From: a virus
Lineage: Duplodnaviria; Caudoviricetes
Length of the DNA stretch: 64,000 nucleotides
Virus record (IMG/VR): IMGVR_UViG_3300029305_004466
Strand: one strand, 5' to 3'
Shown here piece after piece: positions 1-9,962 of the stretch (positions are counted from its first letter, which is position 1; every line of letters begins with the position of its first letter). The position numbers and the translations under genes were made by a program. The notes below the pieces were generated by a model. That model did not search any database. It worked only from the letters and a program-made list of their open reading frames with translations, and was not told the origin of the DNA.

Positions 1-134
1 AAAACAGACTGATATCCCAGATTGTATTTGGGAGGATAAGACGAAAACACGTTACGTATGGGGTAAACCATTTATTTCTAAGATGCACGAAGATGTAGTT
101 ATTGATTTCAATGATAATAAGGAGGTGAAATAAT

Positions 135-272
135 ATGTTAGATTGGTATTGGATTGAGGAAGGTGCTGTTTGTGTATTCACTGTTAATGATGAAGAGATT
201 GAAAGATGTGATGATGATGAGTTTGATAAGGTGCATGATAGACTGGCATCTAAATATCCAACAAGGAGGTAA
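135..272 (+). CDS. small hypothetical protein (45 aa)
   Basis: GGAGGTG RBS, ATG 135, TAA 270-272; below the ORF-track cutoff. Confidence 0.6.
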   Translation: MLDWYWIEEGAVCVFTVNDEEIERCDDDEFDKVHDRLASKYPTRR

Positions 273-277
273 TTATT

Positions 278-487
278 ATGAATAGATTTAAGAAGGAATT
301 AAAGAAACACGGTGTTATGTTAGAACATGAATACGACTATTTACCATATCCGGTTGGTGGTAATGTTGTTTTAGAGGGGGTGATTGTTAATGCAGAGACT
401 GCTACAGTTGCTACTTACTACAATACTATTGCTCTCTTTGACCATTACGGCAGAGACTTTAGTGTTGTTGAGCAAGATTTCGATTAG
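278..487 (+). CDS. hypothetical protein
   Basis: AGGAGG RBS, 69 aa ORF. Confidence 0.7.
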   Translation: MNRFKKELKKHGVMLEHEYDYLPYPVGGNVVLEGVIVNAETATVATYYNTIALFDHYGRDFSVVEQDFD

Positions 488-644
488 TCCAACCCTTCGG
501 GACGGCTTCCCCCGTGGTGTACTGTCATGCAAGAGCCCCCCGCAAGGGGGGCGTTGGGGGGAGGCACGGCTTTTGGTTTGGGTTTCCCCCGTGAGGGGGA
601 TGCAAGGGGGCGGTCTGGCTCTTGAAAAAGACACGGCTTTATAT

Positions 645-1028
645 ATGTCCACTTGACGGGACATTATAGATATATTATAATTGTCCTGTCGATGAGACAT
701 AATAATAATTTAGGAGGTGTCCTATGAACGAGACACAACAAAGAATATTTAACTTTATTAATTATTTATGCAACTCATGTTTATTACATGATGATAATGG
801 TAATAAACTAAATAATATGCCTGTCCTGTTGACGAGACATGCCATTGCTAGAAAGTTATGTCTCTCCGAGAAGACAGTGCAAAGGAATTTGGATTGGCTT
901 GTTAATAATAAACATATATATAGAATAAGTCTATCTGGTGTCTATATATATAATACTAAACCTATAACTAATGTTAATGATGTTATCTGTAGGATAAGGT
1001 ATAGTTAAATGTCCCTTCGGGAGGACAT
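645..1028. repeat. five 20-bp imperfect palindromes (TGTCY-N8-RGACA), putative operator/iteron sites
   Basis: copies at 645, 681, 821, 858, 1009. Confidence 0.7.
724..1008 (+). CDS. helix-turn-helix (winged-helix-like) DNA-binding protein
   Basis: LTRHAIARKLCLSEKTVQRNLDWL HTH pattern; AGGAGG RBS. Confidence 0.75.
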   Translation: MNETQQRIFNFINYLCNSCLLHDDNGNKLNNMPVLLTRHAIARKLCLSEKTVQRNLDWLVNNKHIYRISLSGVYIYNTKPITNVNDVICRIRYS

Positions 1029-1705
1029 ATTATTATAGATTAGATAGGTTATATAGATAATAGTATGTATTGGTATATATAAGATATATAATATAACCGT
1101 ATATCGAAGTCTATATTCGACTGCTTATATATAATATGTTGTTAAGAGTGCTTTGTATCTCTTAATTTTATTATATTATATATAGGCGGTTCGAGAGGAG
1201 GCTACCTGCCCTTTTGATACTTATTATTGGCTTTTACAATTAAAATTGTAACATTTATCATCTATATGTATCTATTATATATAGGTGTTCTTATATATGG
1301 CTATAGGCTATATAGGTATTCATCTTATATAGGGTATTAATAGGTATTCATTATCTATTATTATTCTCTATATATGATGTTGTTATATATTTTTTTAATA
1401 AGACTCTACGGAGATAAGGCTCTATTTATAGTATCTCTTAGGGTCTTTTTATTATATATATCTTTATACTTTACGACTAGTAATTGTTATATGATTACTG
1501 GTTGTTTTTATTCTATATTTCATTCATTTTGATGTTCTTTTTATTCAAAATGTGTGTTTAATATACATGTCACTTTTTGATTTAGTAGTTTTGTTGTTAA
1601 AGATTTTTACAACAGTGCTACATTATATTACTTTAATTTATGTGCATATGCCCTCCCGTTCGGGAGGGCTAAAATAATTTTTACTTTTGAAAGGAGTATT
1701 ATATT

Positions 1706-4700
1706 ATGAGTATTTTATTAACAATCAACGAATTACGTAGCAAGGTGTGGAACACAGTAAAGAATGCAGGTAAGCATACATGGAAGGATATTTGCTCCAT
1801 GAACCGTAAAGAGCTTGAGGATTTAAACGTTCCTAGCTATTTAGAGAAGTTTGCTGAATCCGAAACTATTGGTGGTGTTACTTTTACTGGTAAGAGACTT
1901 TCTCCTGCTATTGTTGAGGAGAACTACAAGAACATGTGCTCTAAGCTTTCTCAGTTTGAGATTGACAGAGCAAAGGCAGAGATTGAGGCTTCCGCTAAGA
2001 AGGCAGGATGTACACCTAACTTAACATGGCAGGAAATCTGGGCAACTCATAAGGATTTTCAGCACCGTGTATCTCACCAGAAGAGAGAGATTACTTCCCA
2101 GACTAAGGTGTGTGGATATAATATCACTCCAGATGAAAAGCGTGAGTATTACACAATGGATTTAAGCAAGAAAATGGAAGTTAAGGACATTGACCGCAAT
2201 ACCAATATTAAAGATTGGTTATTTGATGTTGCAGTTCCTTATGCTGATTTAATGGAAACAGCAGAGAATCTGGGTGTTAACTTAGTTACTTTTGACCCAG
2301 AAGGTTTTGAAGTTCCAGAGTGTGACAATAAAGACCAGATGCTTAAGCAGTTGTTAACTCATGCTTACAAGTACGGTATTATTGATGTATCTACTGGCGA
2401 TAAGTATTTCCCAGTAGGTTTATCTGCTTCCAAGGCACGTTCTGGTGGTGTTATTTGGCTTGCAAATACAGGTAACTGGGCAAACATGGAGAAGTTCCGT
2501 GCTCAGGTTCTTCATGTTACAGACGAAGAGTATGCAAACATGAAGAAAGACCCATGTGTTATCGCTAAGTTCGAGACTGGTTCTATCGGTATGAGAACAT
2601 CTAGCGTTATTAATGTATCTAAAGCTGGTGCTAAGCTTCGTGGTGATAACAGCGTTTTAAGCAACATCAGATGTAAAGTTGTTCCAGATATTGTTGCTGA
2701 AATCCCTCTTACAACATTAGAACCGAATAAGGGTGCTGTAGGTGCATTAAAGCCATTTGAATTCGTTATGAGCGAAAGAATATATGAAGTGAATTATTCG
2801 GACGGTTGTAGCTTAATTAAGTTACAGACATTCGTTGATATTCTTCATCAGGCTGGTGAAATTACTGATAAGCAGTATCAGACATTCACAACAAAGTGGC
2901 GTGAATATGGCTTTGATTCCAAGATGCTTATTGAGGATGAAGAATTATACAGATTCCTCACATCTAAGGATTTCAAATCCGTTATGCAGGTTCGTTTCTT
3001 CGGTGGTGTAAAGGGTATGGTTATCCCTGTTGCTGAAATGGACGGAGATGAAAGACTTGCTGAAGTGGACATGCTTGTTTTCAAGAAGTCTGCTAAGTAT
3101 ATCTCTAAAGACGCTCCGTTTGAAGTTATTAACTTCTCCAAAGCTAAAAAGGGTATGGCTATGCTGAACTTCCAGTTCATTCAGGCTACTGTTACAGACG
3201 GCAACGTACTTATTAAGGGTGCTCAGAGAGCTTTTGAAATCGTAAAGAATGCTCTTAATGACCCAGCTGGTGCTTTAAAGTTCATCGCAGGCGTTAGAAA
3301 CTTAAACGATGACGGTGAAGAATTAGCTACCAAGATTGCAAATGACTTAGAAGTAGAGCCACGTTTAGTTACTGAACATTACCATCATGCTCAGCTTCTT
3401 GAAAAGGTTAAGAAGTATGTGCATAACGTAGGTTTTGGTAAGATTCCTGTTGACGGTGCATTCCAGTATATTGTAACAGACCCATTAAACCTTTATCACA
3501 AGGCTATGGGTGATGAATTTGAATCTGCTCTTAATGCAGGTGAAATTTATTACAATGGTATTGACGGTATTCAGGCTGGTATGTGGAGAAGCCCAATGAT
3601 TCACTACAGCGAGCCTCAGAGAGCTCTTTGTAAGCATGTTGATTACCTCTGGATGTATAAGGACATTATTGTTCTTAATCCAAGAGATGCCATTGCACCT
3701 GCTCTCGGTGGTGCCGACTATGACGGAGACAAATTCTTACTTTTATTGGATAAAAATGACAATTCCTTTGAAAGTGATTTTGTTAAACAGATTCAGATGC
3801 CGGGTTATGTTATCTATGATGAAGGCAATACTGCTCCTAAGGTAGATAACAATATTGAAAACCGTATTAAGTATTATGTTGCTTTATCCACTCCTAACCG
3901 TACAGGACAGATTACAAACTGGGCAACCTGTATCACAGACTTAATGATTAACGAACAGTTAAAAGGCAATATGAAAGCCTACAACTGGTACAAGAGAGTT
4001 CTTGTTCGTTTAAGATTTGCTCAGGGTTGGGAAATCGACCTTCCTAAGACTGGTATCAGTGCAGACGGTCCACAGGGCGACATGCTTCCTACAAAGTATT
4101 GTAAGCCTTCTATGAAGCCACAGTGGTTTGTAGACATGAGAACCTTCGAAGGTAGAGAAGTTTCTACAACTGATAAAGACGGTAATAATATTGTTTATAC
4201 TGGCAACTCTCCAATGGAACAGTTACATCAGTATGCTATTCAGTTCTGGAATCAGATTGTTGCAGGATATATTGTAACACCTAGAACTATGCTTGATGTA
4301 TTCCGTGCAACCTTTAATCAGGTAGAAAGCAATGCTTTTGAATCCATTAAGGGTCAGGTTATTGAATATGAACGCCTTTACAGAACTGAAAGTAAGAATA
4401 TTAACGGCTTACTTGATGCAGGTGTTATTTCCGAGCAGGAACAGAAAGATATGTTCGAAAAGCTGATTGAAACACATCACACATCTCTTAATTCCTTACT
4501 GGGTGGCAATGTAACTACAGATGTTATTGCATATGCTTGTTACTATGCCGCAAACTTTAGAAAGGATAAGAATGATAATAATACCAAGGTTACTGGTAAG
4601 AGAAGTTATGGTTGGGTATGCTATTATGCTGAAACCTTAGCTCTTTTATACCGTAATAATAATGGTATGAGCCTTGTTGCACTTCCAGACAAGGAAATGG

Positions 4701-5347
4701 ATAATATTGAAATCGTTAATGGTGAATTACTTATTGACGGCAACTATATTAAGTCCGTAGAGTATCCAGACGGTTCTTATTCCATTAAGGTTATTGAGAA
4801 CAAGCCGTTTATCGTTGTTCCTAAAACTCTTCCAATTATTACAGAGGAAGAAAAGAGAAGTTTTGAAATTGCTTATGCTAATAAACAGTTCAGCTTCGAA
4901 TGTACTAAGTTTACTGCTTACAATCAGAAACTTAATTCCGAACAGTTTATTGAAACCATCAAGAATAATAGCAACAGCTTTGATGTTGTGTTATTAACAG
5001 ACGGTTCCGTAAACATTTGCATGAACGGTTTGGTTTACGCATCTATTATCGAGTGTCCTAAGGAGCTCGTCAATAAGAAAGTAACTCTTGTAAGTCATAG
5101 TGAATTGACATTCGTTCCTAAGGCTAAGAGAGCTACAACTCTTATGAAAGACGAAACTAATGCTTATAGCAAAATGTTACGCTTTACTGTAATGATTAAT
5201 GTTGGCGAAGAAATTAACACCAACATTACCATTGCACAGACACCGACATATTGCTCTAATAGCAATGCTGATTATGATTATGGCGTAGAAGACCCTTCTA
5301 TGTACTATGATTATGATGCTCTTGCTAAGATGTATGAAAACGAATAG
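1706..5347 (+). CDS. single-chain two-barrel RNA polymerase, YonO-like (related to eukaryotic RdRP family)
   Basis: 1213 aa; catalytic GGADYDGD, upstream R-S-P motif, DG-S and QVR...KG motifs typical of YonO/RdRP-like enzymes. Confidence 0.88.
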   Translation: MSILLTINELRSKVWNTVKNAGKHTWKDICSMNRKELEDLNVPSYLEKFAESETIGGVTFTGKRLSPAIVEENYKNMCSKLSQFEIDRAKAEIEASAKKAGCTPNLTWQEIWATHKDFQHRVSHQKREITSQTKVCGYNITPDEKREYYTMDLSKKMEVKDIDRNTNIKDWLFDVAVPYADLMETAENLGVNLVTFDPEGFEVPECDNKDQMLKQLLTHAYKYGIIDVSTGDKYFPVGLSASKARSGGVIWLANTGNWANMEKFRAQVLHVTDEEYANMKKDPCVIAKFETGSIGMRTSSVINVSKAGAKLRGDNSVLSNIRCKVVPDIVAEIPLTTLEPNKGAVGALKPFEFVMSERIYEVNYSDGCSLIKLQTFVDILHQAGEITDKQYQTFTTKWREYGFDSKMLIEDEELYRFLTSKDFKSVMQVRFFGGVKGMVIPVAEMDGDERLAEVDMLVFKKSAKYISKDAPFEVINFSKAKKGMAMLNFQFIQATVTDGNVLIKGAQRAFEIVKNALNDPAGALKFIAGVRNLNDDGEELATKIANDLEVEPRLVTEHYHHAQLLEKVKKYVHNVGFGKIPVDGAFQYIVTDPLNLYHKAMGDEFESALNAGEIYYNGIDGIQAGMWRSPMIHYSEPQRALCKHVDYLWMYKDIIVLNPRDAIAPALGGADYDGDKFLLLLDKNDNSFESDFVKQIQMPGYVIYDEGNTAPKVDNNIENRIKYYVALSTPNRTGQITNWATCITDLMINEQLKGNMKAYNWYKRVLVRLRFAQGWEIDLPKTGISADGPQGDMLPTKYCKPSMKPQWFVDMRTFEGREVSTTDKDGNNIVYTGNSPMEQLHQYAIQFWNQIVAGYIVTPRTMLDVFRATFNQVESNAFESIKGQVIEYERLYRTESKNINGLLDAGVISEQEQKDMFEKLIETHHTSLNSLLGGNVTTDVIAYACYYAANFRKDKNDNNTKVTGKRSYGWVCYYAETLALLYRNNNGMSLVALPDKEMDNIEIVNGELLIDGNYIKSVEYPDGSYSIKVIENKPFIVVPKTLPIITEEEKRSFEIAYANKQFSFECTKFTAYNQKLNSEQFIETIKNNSNSFDVVLLTDGSVNICMNGLVYASIIECPKELVNKKVTLVSHSELTFVPKAKRATTLMKDETNAYSKMLRFTVMINVGEEINTNITIAQTPTYCSNSNADYDYGVEDPSMYYDYDALAKMYENE

Positions 5348-5361
5348 TTTTATAACTACCT

Positions 5362-5387
5362 CAGTCCCATTCGGGACTGGGGTAGTA
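5362..5387 (+). promoter_or_regulatory. hairpin motif CCC(R)TTCGGG-N7-TAG, putative phage-RNAP promoter (representative copy)
   Basis: same motif and spacing at 6885, 8851, 9905, 10433, 10468, 13219, 13259, 19961, 39514, 45811; variant at 61877. Confidence 0.65.
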
Positions 5388-5407
5388 TTTTTTGAAAGGA
5401 GTACGTT

Positions 5408-5749
5408 ATGAATATTAACACGACTATTAATCATCTTGATATTGCATGGCAGAATAAAGAAATGGGTATGATAGTGAGAAAACACATTATCTGTAAAGAC
5501 GGCTTTGAACTATCTGTACAAGGTAGTAAATACCATTATTGTTACCCTAGAGAAACCCAGAAGTATTATAAAGAACTTGAAATAATGTGTGACATTTCTA
5601 TGGATAAGCCATTACTTGAACCTTATTATGACGGTTCGGTTTGCCCTTATGTTCCAGTTGCTGTTATTGAAAAAGTTATTCTTCATCACGGTGGCATTAA
5701 CTGGAACTTAACTCAGAAAAGGAGGAAAGAAAATGTATATTCCAGATAA
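5408..5749 (+). CDS. conserved phage hypothetical protein
   Basis: GAAAGGAG RBS; CKDGFELSVQGS..HYC.PR motif seen in phage proteins. Confidence 0.75.
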   Translation: MNINTTINHLDIAWQNKEMGMIVRKHIICKDGFELSVQGSKYHYCYPRETQKYYKELEIMCDISMDKPLLEPYYDGSVCPYVPVAVIEKVILHHGGINWNLTQKRRKENVYSR

Positions 5750-6083
5750 GATTTACCATGCTACAAAATGGGAGAATTTATTATCCATTATGGCTACTGG
5801 TCTTGAGCCAAGAAATATGGAGCATTTAATTTATTTTGCAGACAGTTTTGCAGGTGCAAATGTCTTTCTGTATTTGCATGGTGTTCCGTTAAACGACATT
5901 ATTGTTGTTGAAATAGATACGAAAGACCTTGATAAGGATTTATTTGATTATGGTGGAGACCATAATGAATCGTTCTTTAAAGATATAAAGGTTTATACGT
6001 ATCCAATAGTAATTTCTCCAAAACATATATCTGGTTATTTGCAAATAGACACTGATTCTTTGGATAAGAATTTATTCAAATAG
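5733..6083 (+). CDS. ADP-ribosyltransferase-fold protein (DarT/KptA-like)
   Basis: N-terminal YHAT...NLLSIMATGL.P motif followed by IYFA. Confidence 0.6.
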   Translation: MYIPDKIYHATKWENLLSIMATGLEPRNMEHLIYFADSFAGANVFLYLHGVPLNDIIVVEIDTKDLDKDLFDYGGDHNESFFKDIKVYTYPIVISPKHISGYLQIDTDSLDKNLFK

Positions 6084-6090
6084 GAGGATT

Positions 6091-6873
6091 TTGATGTTTT
6101 TTAGAGATGAATATGCTTTTCTTAGTAATATGTATGAAACTCCTGTAAGATTTATAAGAGAAGGTGTTCCATATACTTTTCGATGCGTTGAAAGTGCATT
6201 CCAAGCTTGCAAATGTCCTAGCAGAATGAATGAATTTCTTAACCTTAATGGTTATGATGCTAAGAAACTAGGCAGACAAGTAAAACTTAGACCAGACTGG
6301 GAAGACATTAAAATTGATTTAATGAAGTTCCTTTTGAAACTTAAGTTTAACCAGAATATCCTTTTAAAGACAAAGCTTGCAAACTTAAAAGGAGATATCG
6401 TTGAACATAATACATGGGGCGATAAATTCTGGGGAGTATATAATGGAGTTGGAGAAAACCATTTAGGTAAAATACTAATGGATTTAAGAGACTCTTATAA
6501 CCCATTTTATTGTCTGGTTGTTGGTTCTAGAAGTTTTAACGATTTTTCTTTGATGTGCGAAAAACTTGACTTTTTATTACGAGATAAGAAATATGTTACA
6601 ATCGTTTCTGGCGGTGCAGAAGGAGCTGATAAATTAGCTGAAAGATATGCCATAGAACATGGATATGAATTAAAAGTGTTTAATGCAGATTGGGATACTT
6701 ATGGTAAATCAGCAGGCTATAAACGTAATGAAGAAATGCATAATTTCATATCCGTCCCTTCGGGACGAGACAGAATTGTTGTAGCATTTTGGGACGGTTC
6801 TTCTAAAGGAACTGCCCATAGTTTTGAGCTTGCAACAAAATATAATAATCCTATTGAGGTTTATAAGTATTGA
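6091..6873 (+). CDS. NADAR domain fused to SLOG/YspA-like (DUF2493) domain
   Basis: FLSNMY, ESAFQACK, WGDKFWG, GENHLGKILM (NADAR); VVGSRSF, VSGGAEGAD, AGYKRN, FWDGSSKGT (SLOG). Confidence 0.88.
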   Translation: MMFFRDEYAFLSNMYETPVRFIREGVPYTFRCVESAFQACKCPSRMNEFLNLNGYDAKKLGRQVKLRPDWEDIKIDLMKFLLKLKFNQNILLKTKLANLKGDIVEHNTWGDKFWGVYNGVGENHLGKILMDLRDSYNPFYCLVVGSRSFNDFSLMCEKLDFLLRDKKYVTIVSGGAEGADKLAERYAIEHGYELKVFNADWDTYGKSAGYKRNEEMHNFISVPSGRDRIVVAFWDGSSKGTAHSFELATKYNNPIEVYKY

Positions 6874-6979
6874 TAATTACCTTCGCTCCCATTCGGGAGC
6901 TTAATAGTAGTCATAATAGACTATTCCTTTCCTTCAACCCATGTACACTTTCGCAACAGCATGGGTTGTTGACAGTTCT

Positions 6980-7009
6980 GGCAGGCAGCTTCGCTGCCTG
7001 CCTTTTTTT
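6980..7009 (+). terminator. intrinsic terminator
   Basis: GGCAGGCAGC/GCTGCCTGCC stem followed by T7. Confidence 0.85.
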
Positions 7010-7025
7010 ATAAAGATTACCGGAG

Positions 7026-7301
7026 GTGTGGCTTTTGAACAGGCCAGTAATGAATTTAAAGAAACAAGAATATAAAGGTGTCCCACTGTTTCTAATTAAC
7101 AGAAACTATACAGGTTATAACGCTATGCGTTTTATGTTAGGTTCAAGAACATCTGGACAAAACATTTGGATACCTAATTGTTATCTACAAGAAGACGGAA
7201 CTTTAAAGACAAATATCAATATTGATTTTATCTTTAAAAAAGCATACTGGCAGAAGAAGTTTGAATATGCTAAAATAGATGTAAATCCGTTATTATGGTA
7301 A
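7026..7301 (+). CDS. hypothetical protein
   Basis: 91 aa ORF; start uncertain. Confidence 0.65.
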   Translation: MWLLNRPVMNLKKQEYKGVPLFLINRNYTGYNAMRFMLGSRTSGQNIWIPNCYLQEDGTLKTNINIDFIFKKAYWQKKFEYAKIDVNPLLW

Positions 7302-7313
7302 GGAGGTAAAAAC

Positions 7314-7640
7314 ATGGAAGAAATCTTAAGTACATTACAAGAGAATCATGCGTATGTTATTGCATCTGTTAATGGAGTAGGTAATTATGTTGGCAGAATC
7401 AAAGGCATAACATATGATGCAAACAATACTCCTATTATTGAGGTAGATATAGACAGTGTATCTTGTACAAAAACAATGCAAGTAAGCCAAACAGAAATTG
7501 AACTGTTAGCAAAAGACTGGTGCATTGAGCACGGTAAAACCTACAAAGGAAATGATGATAATGGTGTTTATTATATAAATGAAGATAGTACAACATCATA
7601 TCATAGTCTTATTGCAGAGGAGGCAACTAATGAAAATTAA
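7314..7640 (+). CDS. hypothetical protein
   Basis: AGGAGG RBS, 108 aa. Confidence 0.7.
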   Translation: MEEILSTLQENHAYVIASVNGVGNYVGRIKGITYDANNTPIIEVDIDSVSCTKTMQVSQTEIELLAKDWCIEHGKTYKGNDDNGVYYINEDSTTSYHSLIAEEATNEN

Positions 7641-7782
7641 ACCATATTTTAGCGTTAATTTCTGCTATAAGTGTAAAGCTCCAGTTCCGAGACTGGGGCT
7701 TTCTTTACGCACAAAAGCAGGCAATGTTTCTGTAAATACTCCTTTTATCTGCCCTAATTGCAGAAGAAAGAAAAAGAGGTGA
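7630..7782 (+). CDS. small zinc-ribbon protein
   Basis: CYKC...CPNC; GAGGAGG RBS before ATG 7630. Confidence 0.6.
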   Translation: MKIKPYFSVNFCYKCKAPVPRLGLSLRTKAGNVSVNTPFICPNCRRKKKR

Positions 7783-7786
7783 TTAT

Positions 7787-8017
7787 ATGAAACGTTATTT
7801 ATTACGTTGGAAATTCCATAAGTACAACATTGCGTTACAGGAAACAGGTGTAGAAGATAGAGAACAGTATTTTGATAAGTTCGAAGACCTTCTTAAATGT
7901 TATCGAGAAAAGAAAAAAGCAATGGTTGCAGGTTGTATTTATTACAATACCGATTTTGAAGTTTACACATTTGTTCTTGAAAAGCATGATATTGCTCAAC
8001 TTGATGCTTTATTATAG
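7787..8017 (+). CDS. hypothetical protein
   Basis: GAGGTG RBS. Confidence 0.65.
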   Translation: MKRYLLRWKFHKYNIALQETGVEDREQYFDKFEDLLKCYREKKKAMVAGCIYYNTDFEVYTFVLEKHDIAQLDALL

Positions 8018-8028
8018 GAGGTGAAATC

Positions 8029-8355
8029 ATGTTAGATGCAAAACAAGTTATTGCAAAAATGAATGAGAGAGGCTTTACAGAAACTATGCGGTCTGTTAAA
8101 GACGGATATACTCCAGTTACTATTACATTCATGACCATGAGATTAGACGGTACAGACATTTCATGTACTGTTAACCTTGAAGAAGAAACTTTTGCTTTTA
8201 TGTGGGGCGTACCATGTTCTATCAACAGATTATCTACGCCACCTTGTAGCCCTGTTCTTGATGACAATCAGTTTAACCGTATTTATCGTAAGATACTTAA
8301 ACATGTACGGTTGTTGTACACTGAATTACAAAGAGAGGGTGATGTTCCATGTTAG
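8029..8355 (+). CDS. hypothetical protein
   Basis: AGGAGGTG RBS. Confidence 0.7.
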   Translation: MLDAKQVIAKMNERGFTETMRSVKDGYTPVTITFMTMRLDGTDISCTVNLEEETFAFMWGVPCSINRLSTPPCSPVLDDNQFNRIYRKILKHVRLLYTELQREGDVPC

Positions 8356-8843
8356 AACTCAGAGGTAATTACAATATTTTTGAATTACCGCAAAATCCAT
8401 CCGAGGCTATGTGTATTACAACAAATGGTATTGTAAAGAAAGACGGAAAAGCCGTTATGGGAGCAGGTATTGCAAAGCAAGCTAATTCTTTTTACCATAT
8501 TGATGACCTTTTAGGGAAATACATTACCCAGTATGGTAATCGTGCTTTTAATTTAGGTGTATATCCACGACTATATCTAAATAATAGCGTAGTATTCCGC
8601 CTTTTTACTTTTCCAACTAAACATCACTGGAAAGACGATAGCGATATTAATTTAATCGTCAAGTCATGTGAACAGTTGGTAGAAATGTGTGCCAAGTTTA
8701 GCATTACCAAATGCTATCTACCACCAGCAGGCTGTGGTTGTGGCAATCTTGACTACGAAACTACAGTTAAACCATGGATAAGTCAAATTCTTGACGATAG
8801 GTTTATAGTAGTTTTGTCGTCCCTTCGGGACGGAACCTTTTAA
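8349..8843 (+). CDS. macro domain ADP-ribose hydrolase (DarG/Appr-1-p-like)
   Basis: ITTNG...AVMGAGIA, FPTKHHW, PPAGCGCGNL. Confidence 0.85.
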   Translation: MLELRGNYNIFELPQNPSEAMCITTNGIVKKDGKAVMGAGIAKQANSFYHIDDLLGKYITQYGNRAFNLGVYPRLYLNNSVVFRLFTFPTKHHWKDDSDINLIVKSCEQLVEMCAKFSITKCYLPPAGCGCGNLDYETTVKPWISQILDDRFIVVLSSLRDGTF

Positions 8844-8901
8844 GTCATATTGCCCCATTCGGGGCATTAATAGAAATATTACATGAGAAAGGAGTATAAT
8901 C

Positions 8902-9261
8902 ATGAAGATTAGCTTAAATTGCAAAGAGGTTTTAGCACTTAACAATATTATGGAAAGTGTAGAAAAGGATTCTGTAAAAGAACTTAGCGAATCCTTAAAG
9001 CGTAATAATCTTATCAAGGTTAGTCTTGATATTCCTACAAGTACTCTTAACGTTGACATTGACGAAGAGTATTCTGTAGAATTCCTTGAAGTGTACGGTA
9101 AGTACCTTGATGTTCTGATTAGTCAGGCAAAAACCATGTATAAGACCATGGTTCTGCTTACGGAAGAGACAGAAAAGGTTGTCGTTAAGCATATGGCTAA
9201 GAATGCCAAGAATGCTGAAGAAAAGACAGAAGAAACTTCTGAAGATACCAAGGAGGAATAA
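8902..9261 (+). CDS. hypothetical protein
   Basis: GAAAGGAG RBS, downstream of hairpin motif. Confidence 0.75.
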   Translation: MKISLNCKEVLALNNIMESVEKDSVKELSESLKRNNLIKVSLDIPTSTLNVDIDEEYSVEFLEVYGKYLDVLISQAKTMYKTMVLLTEETEKVVVKHMAKNAKNAEEKTEETSEDTKEE

Positions 9262-9265
9262 GACA

Positions 9266-9421
9266 ATGCCAACATGTGCAAACTTAAGAGATATCCAGAG
9301 AGCAATCAGAGACAATTATGAATCTGATAATTACGGTTCTAGAGATGATTATCCAGACCATTATTATGATATTAAGCCTGCTTTAGAAAGAGAGGATGTA
9401 TTGTGTTCGGAACTCTTCTAA
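9266..9421 (+). CDS. small hypothetical protein
   Basis: GGAGG RBS before ATG 9266. Confidence 0.55.
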   Translation: MPTCANLRDIQRAIRDNYESDNYGSRDDYPDHYYDIKPALEREDVLCSELF

Positions 9422-9502
9422 TAACAGGTATTTGTTGCAAAGTGAGCCCCGTTTTGGGGCTCTTTTGCTTTTGTGTTTTAACTTTTAAGTGAGGTGAAAT
9501 AA

Positions 9503-9901
9503 ATGAATAGTCAGAAAAACTCTGTCATTCGGTGTCCTCAGTGCGGTAACGCTTGTAATAAAACAGAAACACCACTTACTCATGAGCATTCTATCGAATG
9601 CAGAGTTTGTGGCTATCAGGAAATAAACACCGTTGACAGTAAAGAAGTGTTTAAAGGATATGGTTCACTTGTAACAGATAGTATATCTGTAATATTCCAT
9701 GAGCCTATCTCTTTTGAAAAAGAACAGGAGATTTTACAAAGCATCTCCAATGTATCAAATGCTCTTTTTGTGAAATATACAGATGAGTTTGGTTTAACAG
9801 TTCTTAAAGGAGAACTTCCGCAAGATTTAACAGATGAAGAAGAAGAACAGATTAAACATCTGTTATCTGAACATGAATATTATAACAGTATACGTTATTA
9901 A
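9503..9901 (+). CDS. zinc-ribbon hypothetical protein
   Basis: CPQC...CRVCG. Confidence 0.75.
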   Translation: MNSQKNSVIRCPQCGNACNKTETPLTHEHSIECRVCGYQEINTVDSKEVFKGYGSLVTDSISVIFHEPISFEKEQEILQSISNVSNALFVKYTDEFGLTVLKGELPQDLTDEEEEQIKHLLSEHEYYNSIRY

Positions 9902-9962
9902 ATAACGCCCCGTTCGGGGCGTTTATAGTAGTTGTTATTTTTATAGAAAGGAGAGATACTCT

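Noticed and set aside
6753-8832. Two intragenic CGTCCCTTCGGGACG copies (6753, 8818) as promoters
   Set aside because: They lack the N7-TAG element and lie in coding sequence, so they were not counted
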